Shown one piece after another: positions 36,711-49,770 of a DNA stretch of 64,000 nt. The stretch comes from Podarcis pityusensis (Eukaryota). The notes under the pieces are model-generated. The model was not told the origin of the DNA and searched no databases. It worked only from the letters and a program-made list of their open reading frames with translations. The stretch lies in NCBI GenBank assembly GCA_964106645.2, contig OZ067040.1; one strand, given 5' to 3'. The position numbers and the translations under genes are program-made. Position 1 is the first letter of the stretch. Each line of letters opens with the position of its first letter.

Positions 36711-37077
36711 TGGGATATGACGGGAGAATACAAACTGCAGAGGAATTCATGGGCTAACCTATGCAAAACGGAGTGGCCAAGCTAGGGCCATTAAGAAACA
36801 CCCATCTGTTTTATTTATTTATTTATAGACATTTATAGCCCATCCTTCACCACGTGGTCCGAGGACTGAATTCTCCTTCCTCTTGCATTGGCTTTGGTAC
36901 TTGTATTAAGCCATAGTCCCCTGTGACATCCATACCAGGGAATTCTGGCTTGATCTCAGTTAACTAATCAGGATATTAAGTCAGCATCCGACATTGCTGG
37001 AATTATAGTTATGTGTTTGGCTGTGACCCAAGGATGTTATTTTATGCTTGTGCACTGAGGTTTTGGTCCTTATAGAG

Positions 37078-37210
37078 CAGGGATAGCCAACGTGGTGCTT
37101 CCAAATGTTATTGGACTACAACACCTATCACTCCTTGCTATTGGCCTTGCTGGTGGGGGCTGATGGGAGTTGTAATCCAACGTCTGGAGGGCACAACATT
37201 GGCTACCCCG
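37078..37210. mobile_element. Palindromic hAT-type MITE
   Basis: cagggatagccaacgtggtgc...gcacaacattggctaccccg; near TSD ttatagag / ttacagag. Confidence 0.78.
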
Positions 37211-40200
37211 TTACAGAGGTTGCTCATGGATAGTCACAGTGGGGAGACAAATAAAGCTTCTTTGCTCCTCTTTGCTCCTTCAAACCATATTAATTTGAAG
37301 TGTAGGCCACCCTGCTTCTTCCCCCCCCCCTCCAAGGAATCACATCTGTCAGCATGGCACTTGAAAGCATTCATAAATACAGTGAAGTGTACAATACCCC
37401 CTAATGTGCGTTTCTTTCAAACAAAATCTGGATGTGCTTTTTGCCTGATCTTTTTTTTTTTTAAGTGATGAGTTTGAAAGCTAGCTTTGTCCCTTTCTTA
37501 TTCACACACTCCGCCCATCCCACGTGACAGCATGGCACTTTTAATATTTGTTTTTATTAAATATTTTCCGTTCCTTTCATGTTCTCAAACATGGGGCGGG
37601 AAGTGGCTCCATGTTGGGAAGATGAAAACAAATCTCGTATGGCCACAGATGGAGGTGTAGATTCGCATAACAGTTTCAACTTTTAAGTGAACATTTTCTT
37701 CCATACATTAGGCCGCCAATTCTGTCCTACAGCAATCTAGCTAAGGAGGGTGCTTTGAGTTTAGGAATTGCCCTCTGTCATCCACTGAACTTGTGGAATC
37801 AAAAGAGAAGGCTGAAATTACAAACAGATTTAGGAAAGGGTAATGGGAACGGAACAAGAAAAAGTAATGAAAGATGAAATGTGCAGAGTCAGCTGCTATT
37901 TTAGCACCAAGCCATATTAATCCAAAGCACCTTGAAGTATGCATTTTGTCTTGGCTGTGTTCCTCACAATAGATTTGAGGAAGATATAGATGGCTTCATT
38001 TAGCTGGGGCTTGGTTATTTATTATTTCTCCCAGTCTGTGTAGAAATGAAGAAGTACTGATCCCTAAGCTAAAGGCTATTATATATATATATACTGAATA
38101 TGAAAATATTACTAATAACAAATCCAAAGATTTATTCTCATGATGTTAAAAGATTAAAAACAAAACAGAAGGCTTATTTTAAATCTTTTTAATCACATGA
38201 CACTGAACACAGGTCGCATTATGAGGTTATGCAGACATTGCTCCCCACACATGCTTCTGCCCATGGTTCCTTGTTTCTGTCTTGCTCCATGGTGTATAAA
38301 AGCTGAGACAGAAGATATTTCTGTAGCTGAAAACAAATGTCTATTCACTTTGTACACATGGAATGGTATTCAGTTAGGTACTCAGGGTAGATCCACTGAT
38401 ATTAATGGACCTAACTTAGTCATCTTAGTCATCAATTTCAGTGGGTCTACTCTGAGTAAAAATCAAACACCACCCATGAGAAGAGGAGTGGGAAAGCATG
38501 AGTATGTAAAGGAATGTATGGGAGGGGGACAACATTCAAGCAGCCACTCTGACAGAGTGTTGTAACATTTGAAAGTGCGAGGTTTCTCTTTCGTACATAT
38601 TGGGAATAAAAAATCTTTCCTCTCTCTTTTTGTGAGTGAAACTGTGAGCCACGCTTTAACTTTAGCTTTATGTGAGACTTTAGCTGAATGTGAGATCAGA
38701 TAAAATTGCCCCATAGCCAAGGATGAGCTGATCACCAACTTTCCCTGGTTTTAGCTAAAGGTGAATTATTAAGGATAAACGTGTCTTCATAGGCACCTCT
38801 CCCAGAGTGAATTTTCCCCAAAATAACAAAATTGCAGCTGATATTTTTCAACACGATTTTCATTGTTACTTCACTGATGAAAGTGATTTACTGTCACTTT
38901 TTGCATCCTAAGTTGTTGCTTAGGATGTAATCAAGGGGTAAATTCTGTACATTGATCCAACAGCTGGCAGTTTTGAATGAGCATATTTCAACACTCTGCA
39001 TACACATGGGAAGAAACACATGAGTTATACTGTTCTTAAAGTATTAGTCTCAGTCAGGCTACGTGCTTCATAGGAAAACTGGAAGGGATCTGTTGTTCCT
39101 CAAAGCAGCACCAGACCTACTGAGGCATAGGCAAATATGCTTGTAATTTGACCCTCATGGTACCTTGTGTCATGTTCAATATAAGCTTACATTGACAGTT
39201 TCGTAGTATAGATTTCACAAAACACTTCCACTGGAAGAAAGGCCCTGGTATTTTGCTACAAATAAATTTATACAACACTTAAAAACCACAGCACAGTTTC
39301 CGAAATTAAGGAATTAATAATGAAAAAGTCTGTTATTCTTCTGTCATATTTCCAACAGTACAAAACTTGCATCAAACCACATTGAGATATACTTTTCGGA
39401 GACTCTTTAAGCAGCCCTAGTGTATTAAAATATATTCTGTCAGTTTAATTTGTCCAGCTCCTTTGAATAGCACTCCTCACATACTGGACATATACTGGCA
39501 ACTTTATTTTGTCCAATGTAGGGATGAATAGTATAAGTAGTAGCCATTGTGTTACACAGCAAATTCTTATGTAAGCAGCTCTTTGAAACAAGATAGAATA
39601 CATTCTACACAGGGAGAATACTATACCTGGGTCCTTTGGGGTGTACAGCTGTTACCTATCACCATAGTAAATTCTGTATTGCATGTAGATAGCATATTTC
39701 TCCTGGGCTTCCAGTCTGATAGTATAACATATAATCTGGACCTCACAAAATGTCCCAGGGCAGGGCAGGTACTTTTCTTTTTAGGATACCCATCCACTCA
39801 CTATAGGATATAAACATCCTGAACTGCAAAGCTTTCATTAATTTCATTCACAACATCATCACCTGTGTAAAGAGTCTGAGAATGGGAGAACAGGCCACGG
39901 CTGGCTGAATCGCTTCCCACCTCTGGGCTGAAGCACACCTGATCCCGATGGTCAGGATGCATGTGTTCCATTTTCACCATGAATCTGAAGGGAGCTGTGC
40001 CATGTGGTCAATGTCAGATTTAAGCACCACTATACCCAGGTTCAGATTAGGTCCAACTGAACTGAATGCTGCAGGATCTTTCAAGAAGTGTCATGTGAAA
40101 GACTGACAGTTTTGCATAACATTTTTAGTTGTTGTTGTTTTTTTTAGTTACCCCAATTGATTTCAGGATACAATGTACTGAATCATAATAAATGTTTGGT

Positions 40201-40404
40201 TTTAAAACACACATTTACTATAGCAAAGTAGACAGTGGATTTGTCTAGTCATGGAAGTCTTGCAAGTGACTTAGACCAGGTCCACCCAACATGAAGTCAA
40301 TGCTTATTCCAGTTATGAAATATGGCTGCTATATCTTTGTGTTCATCTCTGTGGCTGTTGTGGGCTTGAAAGCTCACAGGGTGATAAAAAGGGGAGCCAA
40401 AAAG

Positions 40405-40574
40405 CAGAGGTGGAGCAAGGTGGGTGCGGACCGCCCCGGGTGTCATCCTGAGGTGGGTGACATTGCCACCGCCCCGGGACGCTTACCGTGGGCAGCGCAC
40501 ACACCCACACCCCGGATGCGCATCCCCGGCGCCGCTCGCCGCTGCAGGTGCCAGAGCAGTTAGCTCTGCCACTG
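40405..40574. mobile_element. GC-rich hAT MITE
   Basis: Ends cagaggtggagc / gctctgccactg; degenerate 8-bp TSD ccaaaaag / ctgaaaag; CpG-rich. Confidence 0.65.
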
Positions 40575-41819
40575 CTGAAAAGCACTCTTGCCAGCCTGGT
40601 TCTGTTTCACTAAAACACTACTTTTACGCTTGCAGAAGAGTCTAAAGCCTTAATCCAGAATTTATAAACTGTTGTAGCTGAACAGCATCTCACAGTTTTC
40701 AGTCACGGGGTACATTCACACATGCTGCTGCTGCCTTTGGGTCAGCTTTGTACAGAAAATGATTTTTTCTGGTCCACAGCTGTGGTGGGCTTCTGAGGGA
40801 AGGCTGAGTATAAAACATTGTAACACAAGTAAATATTGTAAAGGTTCATATTCACAATGGACAGAGAATTCTGTTAGACTGTAATAGAAAGGGTAAGTTT
40901 TGTTTTACATTTTTTAGTTGTAAATTGTGCCCAACTGGTTACAGTTGCTGAAGGTACACATCATAACCTCACTTCCAAATTCTTTGGCTTAAGGCCAAAT
41001 GAAGAACAGTTTTGTAGCATGTTTATCTTCAACCAGACCTTTGGTTGATTAATATTCTATGTCGTTTAAAATGTGTTTGTGTGTGTGGGGGGGTATTGGT
41101 TTGTTTTGTTCTTGATCTTGTTTTTAAAAAATGTAGTTTGTGTTTTTATTTTGTATTTTTATGTTGTGAGCTGCCTGGGATTTTTGAATGAAGGGCAGTA
41201 TACAAATTTAATAAAATAATAATAAATAACAATGATTCCGTGCAGAAATGTCCTGCAGGCTTAATTGAAAGAAACGATGTTTGGATGCTTAAATATTTGA
41301 ATTTAACTCAAAGAGCATGTAAACTTTTTCTTATGGGCAAAGATTGTAAAATATCATAGTCTCCAAGCAGCATAGAGGTAGGGGGCGTTATGAAAAGTTT
41401 TTGTTGTGTTGGGACTTGATAGTTTATAGTTTTGTTTTAAAACTGGTGGTGCTCACCATCTCTTTAAAAACAAACTGCAAAATGTATTTCTGTGGACATT
41501 AAATATAAGGCCAATTTTTATCAGCACAGTCTGACTCCAATTACTAGGTCATATGTTCAGTAACATTTTGTTTTGTTTTAAATGAATTGGTCTTGAGTGA
41601 TGCTAGCAATTTGTACTGATCTGACTGCCTGTTCTGTTCACGTTATTTAATTTGTTGCTCATGCTGTTTACAGTCAGTAGCTGGTGCCACAGAGCTGACT
41701 TTTAAGAGTCAGTTCTTTAACTAATCCTTGTTGGACAGGCACTTGTTTAGTTGAGGCTTATAACCTTTCACTGTTTATAAGCTTGGCAAACATAGCATCA
41801 TTTGGCCCATTTTTCAGTA

Positions 41820-42061
41820 CAGTGGTACCTCGGGTTGAGAACTTAATTCATTCTGGAGGTCCGTTCTTAACCTGAAACTGTACTTAACCTGAAGCACCAC
41901 TTTAGCTAATTGGGCCTGCTGCTGCCGCCACGCTGCCGGAGCATGATTTCTGTTCTCATCCTGAAGCAAAGCTCTTAACCTGAGGCACTATTTCTGGGTT
42001 AGCGGAGTCTGTAACCTGAAGCGTATGTAACCTGAAGTGTCTGTAACCCGAGGTACCACTG
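41820..42061 (-). mobile_element. MITE family A, copy 3
   Basis: CAGTGGTACCTCGGGTT TIRs with TA TSD. Confidence 0.92.
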
Positions 42062-43842
42062 TAGTGCATACCTGAAGCATGCTAGCATCAGCGACTTGAG
42101 CTTTAAGATGTTTTGCACTTCTTCAGTCCTATCTGATTCAGATTTTGCAAGATCTTCTCTCAAAGTGGCGTTTGTTTGAAACCACATAGCTGCAGTTGTC
42201 CATGCAACTCCAGCTGCAGCAGAGGGTTGTTTGCCTTTCTGTGATTCATATTCCTTACAGAGGTTTAGCAAGCCCTGTCATGTGGACTTGACTGTAATGT
42301 TGTCACTGATCACCATGGGTTTGGACCTAATGTTTTTCTAATTTAGATGCATCTTCATTGATACCCAACAGAAGGGACCGGAGTTCCCGGCTTCATTCAT
42401 AGTGTATATAACCTTACTTAAGTTCAGTTCCTCCTATTTCTGACAGTTCCAGTTGTGAATCTGGCACCATGAGTCCCTGGGGTTTAAGGTCATATTCTGT
42501 ACTGCCTGTGGCTAGTGATCCCTTGACCCAAATGCCGTCTATATTTGTGGGTGGAGATCCTTCAATCCTACTGCCATTTCTACCAGCTGGCAGCCCCTAG
42601 GCTTTATTTGCAGAAGAAGAAGCAGTATTCCTTAATCCTTAAGAGGTTTGTTTTCTGCATTGACATGTATTTTAGTATCATAAAGTTGATTAAAGTTATT
42701 GCCAAAGATGGTTTAAAAATTGGTAGGGCCATTAGGGCTATATAATGTGATTTTGGACCTGTATCTGACCTGTAGCTGAGTTGAGTTGTCCATCGCCCAT
42801 TCAGATATTTTTTTTATTTGTTAACTTGTTCTGCTCTAAATATGTTATCATAGAGATTGGAATCAAATATAATTTAAGCCTAATCACCCTTATGTGACTA
42901 CTTTTATCAAGAAGATTTTGGCAAATTTCTCATTTAAAAAAAAAAGATTTTGCAGAGTAGACAGTAGAGCAGCAAGGAACTCTGAACTACAAGTAGGAGC
43001 TTTCTGAGAAAAGACAGTGGAATGTTTTCTTTCCTTACAACTTTTCGTTCTTGGCTGTATCCAGAGCGCAATCAAAAGTTACATTAATGGGGATGTTTTG
43101 CATTTCTTCCCCTTCATTCGCAATGACAGCTGACATGGAGGTATTGTAACAAGAGTCACAATTTTACGATGGCAAACTCTGCCAGCTGGAATACTCTCCT
43201 TGGGTCCAGGTTGCCAGGATTTATATCCAAGCTATTCATGAGGTATTATCTCAGACATTCATTATATTGTACTGTACTTGATGGCATCCATGAAAACGCC
43301 TGAAATCCAGCATGTGACACCAGCCTATCCAGTTTAACCACAATAAGCACGTAACTTGTGATTCAAAAAATGTCTTGAGGCATGGATTTCATTAAGCACA
43401 TTTCCTATAGTTACCATGTAAAGAACAAAGCTTACAAATGCCAGTTCTAGTTTATTCCCTGAGCTGGTTTTATTTGTGCTACTCATGGCTTGTTGTAGTC
43501 TCCACCGACAGATTTTATATTTACAAGTTAGATTTGTAAGGGCAGTCCAGGACCTCCAGACACACTGCCCAGGCATGGGCACTTTGGTGCTGCTCATGCA
43601 GCAAAAACAACACGGGAGGCAGCAGTCACGAGTGACTGGTCTCTGCAGCCACAGCAGGCGTTGTGATTCTCCAGTGATTTAACTTCATCCCTGGAAGTGC
43701 ACTCCGTTGTCTTTCAAGAGAGAGATGTGGCAACAACAGATCTGTAAAAGTAGGGGCACTTTTCTGGTGTAGGAAGAAATACAATTATCCCATCTGGGAC
43801 TGTGCTAAAATATATGGCCTAGAACTGGAGTAAGTAAAGAGC

Positions 43843-44085
43843 TAGTGGCGGAACAAGGTCAGGTGGTACCCAGTGCGGAAAATTTCTTGTCACCCCCCCC
43901 CCATTGATTTTTTTTGCCTGCAACATTGGTTTGACTTTATTTCACTTTTTTTGGCGGGGGGGACGAGGAGCCTGCCAGCCACCATACAGCTGAGGGCAAA
44001 CCATTTCAGCAGCGGGAAGCCGTTGACTGTCACACAGCATTTTGTTGCCCTCCTCGGAGGTGACACCCACCTTGTGATGCCTCTG
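43843..44085. mobile_element. hAT MITE
   Basis: Perfect 8-bp TSD taaagagc; ends tagtggcggaacaagg / ccttgtgatgcctctg. Confidence 0.78.
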
Positions 44086-46199
44086 TAAAGAGCTAATCAT
44101 TGTAGGAAGGCCCATCTGCCTCCCAGAGGCTGCATGGGGGAAAAGATCCCCCTGGTTGTTGTAGGTACTGTGACTGGCTGTAGTTTGAGGTTCTAGGCCT
44201 CAACTCTATATGAATAGTTGTTTAGTAAGAAGCAATGTGTCCTCTTACTGGAATCCCAAGAACACTTCTGACTCTATTACAACAGTGGTAACAATTACTG
44301 TATGTACGCTTTTATATGGGGATGCTGGTAAGATCTTTATCGGTAACTGATGAACTAGATTTTGTTGAGCCATATTTGTATCTGGCTATTTAGAAATGCA
44401 GGTGATAGTACTTAAAATGACATCAATTGCTTATTTTCAACACAAAAGCAGTACAATAAGATTATTATCAATAAGATACCTTAAGATCTTCAGGCAGACA
44501 TAGGGTTAAGTATTAGGAGCAGTTTCTTAAAAGATATGGATTACAGAGGCTGAGATGAAATAGGGGACACATTTTACAAATATTTTTGTTCAGTAAAATA
44601 AGCCTTTTCACTTTTGGTTCCTTCCTGAACCCAATTACCTGCTGCTTCAGCATGATTTTGTTTGTTTAAAAAATTGCCCGTGACAGTGTTGTCATTTGAC
44701 GTGTTAGATTTGCCTACAGGACAACCTCATAATTACTAGGGAAACTGATTTTTAACTCCTTCGCCTCCAAAGAAACAAACAAAAGAGCTAAAGTGAGAGC
44801 TGCCCACAATTAGGGTAGTTAAGCCAGTGTGCAAAAGGTCTGTTTCTGTGAAACATTTTGGGCTCCCCAAAGGTCCCTCTTAGAGCCCAGAGTGTTTACT
44901 TCCAAACACCTTGCTCAGCCCTAAAAAAAAAAAATAGATCAAGTTATTGGATTTAAAAGGGTCAATTTAAAGAATATTCTCAAACCTTGCATCTTTCAGC
45001 ATACTTGAAAGTGACAACTCTTCCAAGAGACACAATTTCAAGTTCACAAAAGAAAAGGAAAATATTTCTGAGTGAGTTTAATTATCCTCCTCCTCTTAGA
45101 GCCAAAAAACGTAAGAAGTTAAGTGCATCTTTGCTTCAGAGCAAATTGCATCTGCTAGACTTGTGTGTTCCCTAATGGTATCAGAGCAGGAGTAGAGGAA
45201 CAATTTAACCCTTTCCCTGCTCTTCTCCTGAGAAAATTCCTCTTCTGAAGCTGGTATTTGGTTTGGGGGAAATTCCTCATTGGCAGCAATGCTGACAATG
45301 GTCAATCCATTACCCTCGGCATTGCTGACAGGCCTTGCCAGCGTAGTGACACACAGCAGGTAAAGATAAACGGAGAGGATAGGATGTGAATGAAAAATGA
45401 ACACAAAGAGGGGGAAATTATCTGATGCTTCCATGGGTATTTCTTTAAGCAATTTTGTGTTTTTTATTTGAATGCATGTTGGGGGGGGATTTCTCTGTTT
45501 GTTGAAAAGCAATGTGATAATGAGGTTTCTTCTCAAATTGGATAATGATCAGGTTAAGCCCTGTCATTTTACAGGAAAGCAATGAAGCATTATGTTTCTT
45601 TGGTACTTTTAATCGAAGGGATCCTGTAAGTGCTTTACAGGCATAAGTGCAGCAATCAAAGCTTGTGCAGCATGAGCTGGTCACAGTTTGATCAATGCAC
45701 TATTGATTTCAAAGGCATCCTGCTGTAAAATCCCCTCTGCTATGAGGGTCAGGCTTTCACTATAGCGTCTCCTTAATCACGAAATGAAATGTAGCTGAGG
45801 TAACTGCTGTTACGTGGCCAGGGGGTGGGGAAAGAGGAGCCTTACTTGTGTTAACTCATACCTGTGTTCAGATTTTTCATTCATCCTTTTATCCTCTTTT
45901 CCTGTGGGGGTGGGTATTTATTCTCATTTCTATCCCAGTTCATTTCAAAGTGGTTGGCAAACTTGCAATAAAAAGGAAGTACCTATATAATAAAATACTA
46001 TATATAGTTAAATATATATGAGTTAAAATTACCTTACACATGCTTAACCACAGCTGTTGTAAGCCAGTCTAGCTAAGAAGGCCTTACAGGCAACATTATA
46101 AGCAGAGGACAGTCTTCCCTTTAGAGGGCTGTCATGTCCCAAGTCCATTTTAAAGATGAACCATAAGAAGAAAGACCAGAGGCCTTGAAGTTTTTCACT

Positions 46200-46550
46200 T
46201 CTTCATAAACAATCTAGAGTTAGGAGTGAGTGAGGTGACCAAGTTTGTTGATGGTCCTACATTGTTCAGGGTCATTAAATCAACAAGAGACTGTGAAGAG
46301 TACTAGAAGAACCTCTCCAAACCCAATGAATTGGTGGACAAAATGGCAAATGCAAATCAGTGTAAAGTTATGCATGCCAGGGCAACAAGACTTAATTTCA
46401 CATATATTCTTAAGGCGTTTGAACTGGTGGAGACTGACCTGGGATGAGACCTTGGGATTGTAGTAGTTAGTTTGATGAAGATGTCACCCCAGTGTGCAGC
46501 AGCTGTGGAAAAAAAGGCAAGTTCAGTGCTAGGGATCATTAGGAAATGAT
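46200..46550 (+). mobile_element. Degraded CR1 RT fragment
   Basis: KWQMQ...VK(L)CM-like and gatcattaggaaa segments resembling CR1 ORF2; boundaries approximate. Confidence 0.6.
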
Positions 46551-46561
46551 TTTCTGGAGTA

Positions 46562-46778
46562 CAGTGGTTACTCTGGTTACGAACTTAATTAATTCCGGAG
46601 GTCTGTTCTTAACCTGAAACGTTCTTAACCTGAGGTACCACTTTAGCTAATGGGGCCTCCTGCTGCTGCTGGCGCGCAATTTCTGTTCTCATCCTGAGGT
46701 AAAGTTCTTAACCTGAGATACTACTTCTCAGTTAGTGGGGTCTGTAATCCGAAATGTTTGTAACCCAAGGTATCACTG
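46562..46778 (-). mobile_element. MITE family A, copy 4
   Basis: cagtggttactc / ggtatcactg ends with TA; homologous body. Confidence 0.87.
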
Positions 46779-46915
46779 TATTAGCATTGAATTATGCACA
46801 TTTTCTTGGGCAATATAAAATGTTGAAATAATTATCTTGAAATAATTATCAGGAGAGTGTCTTAAGACTCTTAGCAATGTGCGTTAACATTTTGTCATCT
46901 TCTTTGTTTCCACAG

Positions 46916-47023
46916 CTTCCCATTGTTGAAAAAATAAGAATGATAGCACAGAAAATCTACGGAGCAGAGGATATAGAGCTGTCTCCTACAGCACAATCTC
47001 AGATAAATCGTTACACTCAACAG
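46916..47023 (+). CDS. MTHFD1L: MTHFD1L coding exon (~exon 25): [36 protein letters not shown]
   Basis: tttccacag acceptor, gtaaaa donor; 108 nt, phase 0/0; KIxxIAxxIYGA motif. Confidence 0.95.
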
Positions 47024-47427
47024 GTAAAAACAATAAAGGTGTATGCTGTGGGATATATTGTAGGGGGTCACTCCCCGCTGTTTTATAAATTGCATATAGA
47101 TTTTTGGATGATGAATGAGAACTATCCAGTTTGTAGTGAGGGGTTCTAATGTTCTGGGTACAAGAAGTCCAGTTCATACAGTTCACTAGCATGAAAGCAT
47201 GTGTGATGCAGCATGTGCATACACATTCATTGGGCCACAAAAAACTATGCATGGGCCCAAGTTCTTTTTGTATACTCCATTAATTTTTACTAGTCATAGA
47301 ATTTAGCTATATTCATTGAAGAATGTTATTTTGGCACAGGATCTTGGAAGGCGTGTTGTTCCTTCATTACAGCGTACATACAAACTTGTAATCAAGTAAT
47401 CTGTCCTTTCCATTTGTCATTTGTCAG

Positions 47428-47580
47428 GGATTTGGAAAACTCCCAATTTGTATGGCAAAAACTCACCTGTCCCTCTCTCACATGCCTGAGAAGAAAGGTG
47501 TTCCCACTGGCTTCATCCTGCCTATTAGTGATGTGAGAGCCAGTATTGGAGCTGGTTTCATTTACCCATTGGTGGGAACG
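47428..47580 (+). CDS. MTHFD1L: MTHFD1L coding exon (~exon 26): [51 protein letters not shown]
   Basis: ttgtcag acceptor, gtgagt donor; 153 nt, phase 0/0; [14 protein letters not shown] and [10 protein letters not shown] motifs. The following intron runs past the window end. Confidence 0.97.
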
Positions 47581-47889
47581 GTGAGTAGGGTCCATTTCAT
47601 TCTCAATCTGTGTCTTAGCTGTTATGCGCTTTGAAGATCTTCCTGGGAGCTCTGTGATATAAAGGAGTACAGAAATTCATAAAATATAAATAACAATACG
47701 ACACCACTTACCAGAAATTGCCTTAACCTGCAAGTTACACCAGTACATTGTAATCTCAACGTATATGGACTAGGATCTAAAAAAGTGTAAATTTTGTTTC
47801 ACAAACCCAAATAGGCTTTTTGACTTCAAATAGCAGTTACCAGATGCTGCTTTTGAAACTGTGGGGAGAGCAATTTCTGATGATGATGG

Positions 47890-48088
47890 TTATTATTATT
47901 ATTATTATTATTATTAATACCCCACCCATCTGGCTGGGTTTCTCCAGCCACTTTGGGTGGCTTCCAGCAAAATATTAAAATACAATAATTCATCAAAGCT
48001 TCCCTAAACAGGGCTGCCTTCAGATGTCTTCTAAAAGTCAGATAGTTGTTTATTTCTTTGACATCTGATGGGAGGGCGTTCCACAGGG
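47890..48088 (-). mobile_element. L2 3' fragment, same subfamily as 920-1375
   Basis: (TAT)n tail, ccatctggctg, LWNALPSDVKEINNYLTFRRHLKAALFRE. Confidence 0.85.
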
Positions 48089-49415
48089 CATATAATAATA
48101 ATTTATTTCCCAAGGATCAGTTGTAAAGGCAAGAATTCAGCTGGGCCAGCTCACAAGGCTTCTTTGTGGGATCCTGTCCATTTCTTTTAGCTTGAGAAAA
48201 CTGCTCACGTAAGCTTTTCATCCTTTACAAAACATTTAGCATATATGTTCCCCTTTCAGACTGATCTTGATTGATTTATTTTTTATACATTTTAATGATA
48301 CTGTTCCTTGGCACTGATTATTTCTAATTGGAAGACCTCTTATGTAGCTGTTCTAGAAATGGAACCCAGGCACCAAGCAAAAACGTAAAAAGAAAGTGCT
48401 CTTGTGGTGTTATCTCATTATCCCAGAGTACAAGCCGGCTTCCTCACATTAGCAACACATTGGGGAGTGACTGAGAGTATCTGACTTATTGTTCTGCATT
48501 ACCAGTGAAAGGGAGCAAGGAAGGAAGTGATTCCTGACTAGATGTGTTTTTGGAGTTCAGGAAATTCTGTCATGAGGACTCTCTGGCCTTGGGGGGGTGC
48601 TTTCGATGTACACGATCAGGAAACATTCCTTTCACCACAAGCACAGTAAATTGTTAACATTTCCGCAGAGGGAGGTAATCCATAATGTGACTTGAGCCCT
48701 TTTGTGCACGCTTGGGAAATGTGTTCATGTTTCGTGGAATGTTATGAGCAAGTTGAAATGCTGAATTACTACTAAGCCTCACTGAAGTCACAGGGATATG
48801 AGCTGGCCAAGTCTAGCCCCTTCCATGCCCACACAATGCACTTTTGGCTGTCAGGCCTGCTTTTATAAGCTAGATGTGAGGAGGAATTAATGATATTCTG
48901 GTTGGCTACACATGCATATTCCTGTAATGCATAAATTTAAAGCAACCTATAATCTTGGAAGTTCCTTTATAATAAACTGTCCTTTATAATAAACAGTACT
49001 TGCTTTACTTCTTCCTGCAGTGGGAATTCTGTGCGCAATGGGGAAGTCTTCTTATGAAAAAAATGTACCAGGCTTTATCAGAGGAAGTAGGCAGTAAAAC
49101 TGGGGGGGGGGGCTTTAATTAACACTGGCATGACTTTTATCTCTTCTCCCTTTGACCCTGATCGAGGCACTACCATATACTCGCAGGTGGACTGTTGAGA
49201 TCATGGCTTGGCTATAGAGAGAACAGGCAGGAAGCCTTGTTGAGTGTGTTTAGGAAACTGGTGAGGTCATTGGTGAGTTATGCTTGGGTGGAGAATCACT
49301 GGATTCTCTAGTGCATGCAAACAGAGTCATCTCCGCCCAAAAGTTATTGCAGCTTTGTATTTTCCCACATTTTCTGTTAATCTGCTTTTGTGATGGTGGT
49401 GTATTCCATACAGTA

Positions 49416-49770
49416 CAGTGGTGCCTCGCAAGACGAAATTAATTCGTTCCGCGAGTTTTGTCGTCTTGCGATTTTTTTCGTCTTGCGAAGCACGGTGTCG
49501 GGAAAGTTTTGGAAAAGCTTCAAAAATCACCAAAGTCTTTAAAAACCTCAAAAAAGGCTACCACACCACGTTCTATGAGTTGCTCCTCGAAGTCAAGTCG
49601 CAACTGTATTAACGGTGTTAAGAAAAAGGAAACAAACTTGCAAGACGTTTCCGTCTTGCGAAGCAAGCCCATAGGGAAAATCGTCTTGCGAAGCAGCTCA
49701 AAAAACAAAAAACCCTTTTGTCTAGCGAGTTTTTTGTCTTGCGAGGCATTCGTCTTGCGAGGTACCACTG
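49416..49770. mobile_element. pogo/Tigger-like MITE, family B
   Basis: TIR CAGTGGTGCCTCGCAAGACGAA / TTCGTCTTGCGAGGTACCACTG, TA TSD, multiple internal CGTCTTGCGA repeats. Confidence 0.9.

Noticed and set aside
87-47580. Cytosolic paralogue MTHFD1 or bacterial fhs
   Set aside because: Spliceosomal introns exclude a bacterial gene; residues [17 protein letters not shown] and KCRASGLVP fit MTHFD1L better than MTHFD1 as I recall them.
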